From an uncultured Pelagibacteraceae bacterium (lineage in GTDB: Bacteria > Pseudomonadota > Alphaproteobacteria > Pelagibacterales > Pelagibacteraceae): a DNA stretch of 64,000 bases. Positions within the stretch are counted from its first letter, which is position 1. The number at the start of each line of letters is the position of its first letter. Below are positions 61,888-64,000 of the stretch, one piece after another. The stretch covers positions 1,080 to 65,079 of the forward strand of contig CACDLV010000001.1 of NCBI GenBank assembly GCA_902553675.1. The letters run 5' to 3'. The notes under the pieces are model-generated. The model made no database searches, had not been told where the DNA came from, and worked only from the letters and a program-made list of their open reading frames with translations. The translations under genes were made by a program, and so were the position numbers.

Positions 61888-62752
61888 TTTTTAGAAAAAA
61901 TTTTTTTAAGTGATTAATCGTTTGTTTAGGACTTTCCTCTGGAATGAAATGATCTGAATTAATTTCTGCTCCATAAACTTTTTTGTTTGTGTATTTTTGC
62001 CAAATTTTAACTGATTTAAATTGCTTTCCAACAACTCCCTTTTTTCCCCACAAAACTTGGATAGGAATATTTAATTTTTTATTTCTATCTTTTTTATCGT
62101 GCTCTAAATCTATAGTAGCTGCAGCCCTATAATCCTCACATGTTGCATGAATTCTTTTTTTTTGTTTGAAGGCTCTAAAATATTCATCCTCAACTCTTCC
62201 AATCGCACGTTTAGATGACCTATTAAACCGACTGTGTAGCCATTTTTTAGGATCTGCCATTATCATTTTCTCAGGTAAAGGTGCGGGCTGTATTAAATAA
62301 AACCAATGAAAATATCCTTTTGCAAATTTCATATTTGTATGCTCGTACATATCCAGAGTTGGACAAATATCTAATACACTTAAAGCCATAATTTTATTTC
62401 TATAATCTCTTGCCATTCTGTGTGCAACTCTCCCACCTCTATCATGTCCAGCAACAAAAAATTTTTTAAAATTTAATTTACTCATCAACTGAACCATATC
62501 TTTTGCCATTTCTCTTTTAGAATAATTTTTATGATTAATTCCACCAGGCAAAACTAAACTGTCCCCATATCCCCTAAGATCAGCGACTATTACTGTAAAA
62601 TATTTACTAAGTTCAGGTGCAGTCTTGTGCCACATTACATGTGATTGTGGATATCCGTGAAGTAGCAATAATGGAGGACCGTTTCCTTTAAATCGACAAA
62701 ATATTTTACCCTTGTTTACTTTAACAAATTTTTTTTTAAAACTCTTGAACAT
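61865..62752 (-). CDS. haloacetate (fluoroacetate-type) dehalogenase, alpha/beta hydrolase
   Basis: HGYPQ, GHDRGGR (Asp nucleophile plus two Arg), LDI acid, HW, EDYRA, HFIPEE. Confidence 0.85.
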   Translation of the reverse strand: MFKSFKKKFVKVNKGKIFCRFKGNGPPLLLLHGYPQSHVMWHKTAPELSKYFTVIVADLRGYGDSLVLPGGINHKNYSKREMAKDMVQLMSKLNFKKFFVAGHDRGGRVAHRMARDYRNKIMALSVLDICPTLDMYEHTNMKFAKGYFHWFYLIQPAPLPEKMIMADPKKWLHSRFNRSSKRAIGRVEDEYFRAFKQKKRIHATCEDYRAAATIDLEHDKKDRNKKLNIPIQVLWGKKGVVGKQFKSVKIWQKYTNKKVYGAEINSDHFIPEESPKQTINHLKKFFLKNVKNNSK

Positions 62753-62763
62753 GATTAAACTAT

Positions 62764-63039
62764 TTAATTATTTAATAGTTTGTTTTTGGCCTTTTCAAAT
62801 TCCTCTTGAGAAATAATTCCTTTTTCTTTTAAATCATTCAATTTAGTAAGTTCATCACTTAAATTGCTACTTTGTTCGGCAGAAGTCTCGCTTGTATCCC
62901 AAATTTCATTTTCAGCTTCTTCTTTCTCAACTCTATTAGCTTCTTTGGATTTAAAACCATTCATAATTGCCATTCCACCTAAGTATAAAACATAAGCCAT
63001 AATAGGAATAACCAATCCAAAAAAAATTATTTTTTCCAT
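62764..63039 (-). CDS. single-TM protein with C-terminal SHOCT-like domain
   Basis: ELTKLNDLKEKGIISQEEFEKAKNKLL. Confidence 0.8.
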   Translation of the reverse strand: MEKIIFFGLVIPIMAYVLYLGGMAIMNGFKSKEANRVEKEEAENEIWDTSETSAEQSSNLSDELTKLNDLKEKGIISQEEFEKAKNKLLNN

Positions 63040-63042
63040 AAT

Positions 63043-63246
63043 TTAATCTTCATCTTCTTCACGCCAGTTTTTTTCATACATTAAATATGCAGCGTATATT
63101 ACTGATACAGTACCTACAATCATACCATAATCAAAACCAGTTTGCTTGTCATGCAAATACCAACCAAGCTGAGTTGCCCCAATAGGTGGAACTGTAAGAA
63201 GTAAAAAAATTATACCAAATCTGTATGGTCGTTTAGGTTTTTTCAT
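63043..63246 (-). CDS. small 2-TM hypothetical protein
   Basis: 67 aa; tight spacing with co-oriented neighbours. Confidence 0.7.
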   Translation of the reverse strand: MKKPKRPYRFGIIFLLLTVPPIGATQLGWYLHDKQTGFDYGMIVGTVSVIYAAYLMYEKNWREEDED

Positions 63247-63284
63247 CCTAATAAATTAACAGATTACAGCTTATGGTTTAATTA

Positions 63285-64000
63285 TTAAATTTGCGATCTT
63301 TTGAAACAGTCGATCGTATTTTTAAGCAAACACGCAATAGTCATTGGACCTACACCGCCTGGAACTGGTGTAAGTGCTTTTGCATTTTTTGAAACTTCAT
63401 CAAAATGAACATCACCAACTATACCGTTGTCAGTTTTATTTATACCAACATCAATAACAATAGCATCTTTCTTAACCCAATCTCCTCTAACAAGTTCGGG
63501 TATACCTACAGCTGCAACAATTATATCTGCCTCTAAACATTCAGCTTTTAAATCTTTAGTTTTTGAATGAGTTATAGTTACGGTGCAATTTTCTTTTAAA
63601 AGAAGTTGTGTCATTGGTTTACCATTTAAATTTGATCTACCCACAACCACAGCTTTCTTACCACTTAAATTAGGTTCAATTTTTTTTATTAACAAATAAC
63701 ATCCAAGCGGAGTACAAGGTATCGAACTTTCATAACCAGATGAAAGATTACCTACATTCATTGGATGAAATCCATCTACGTCTTTTGAGGGATCAATAGC
63801 TTCTATAACCTTCTGCTTATCAATATGCTTAGGTAAAGGAAGTTGAACTAAAATTCCCGATACAGTTTCATCACTGTTTAGTTCTTGAATTTTTTCTAGA
63901 ACAGTCTTCTCTTCAACTGAGTTTGGATATTTAATTACTTCAGATTTTAATCCTACCTCATTTGCTGACTTCTCTTTATTTCTTACATAAATCTGACTAG
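63285..64000 (-). CDS. folD: bifunctional methylene-THF dehydrogenase/cyclohydrolase (5' end beyond the window)
   Basis: Frame open to the window edge: SQIYVRNK, GILVQLPLP, KDVDGFHP, PCTP.G, TPVPGGVGPMT. Confidence 0.97.
   Translation of the reverse strand, partial: SQIYVRNKEKSANEVGLKSEVIKYPNSVEEKTVLEKIQELNSDETVSGILVQLPLPKHIDKQKVIEAIDPSKDVDGFHPMNVGNLSSGYESSIPCTPLGCYLLIKKIEPNLSGKKAVVVGRSNLNGKPMTQLLLKENCTVTITHSKTKDLKAECLEADIIVAAVGIPELVRGDWVKKDAIVIDVGINKTDNGIVGDVHFDEVSKNAKALTPVPGGVGPMTIACLLKNTIDCFKRSQI

Overview
A very AT-rich, gene-dense alphaproteobacterial chromosome segment with tiny intergenic spacers and overlapping stop/start codons. Gene content and streamlining point to Pelagibacterales (SAR11); this is inferred, not database-checked. 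In order it contains: sdhA(partial)-D-C and asd; the DMSP demethylation cluster (dmdA, an alpha/beta hydrolase, dmdB, dmdC); leuBDC; rplS-trmD-rpsP-ffh with the structured ffh leader RNA; dapF-ftsY; two TRAP operons, one carrying an amidase; a CUT1 ABC importer with glycerol-transporter-type ATPases, a Zn alcohol dehydrogenase and a divergent GAF-Fis regulator lacking the AAA+ domain; a block of hydroxy-acid dehydrogenases; pagL; ccmCDEFGH; hspQ, ispZ, yccA, tas, ialB, argG; a UV-repair cluster (inverted-topology photolyase, Fe-S-free (6-4) photolyase, DUF2256, atypical SDR); a fluoroacetate-dehalogenase-like/TauD/AEC-transporter operon; and partial folD. I saw no tRNA, rRNA, CRISPR array, integrase or transposase. 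The strongest candidates for an undescribed system are the alcohol/diol uptake-oxidation module with its AAA+-less enhancer-binding-protein derivative (28410-36203) and the dehalogenase-dioxygenase-transporter operon (60166-62752). A candidate structured RNA lies between hspQ and ccmC. All assignments come from motif recognition by eye; no searches were run.
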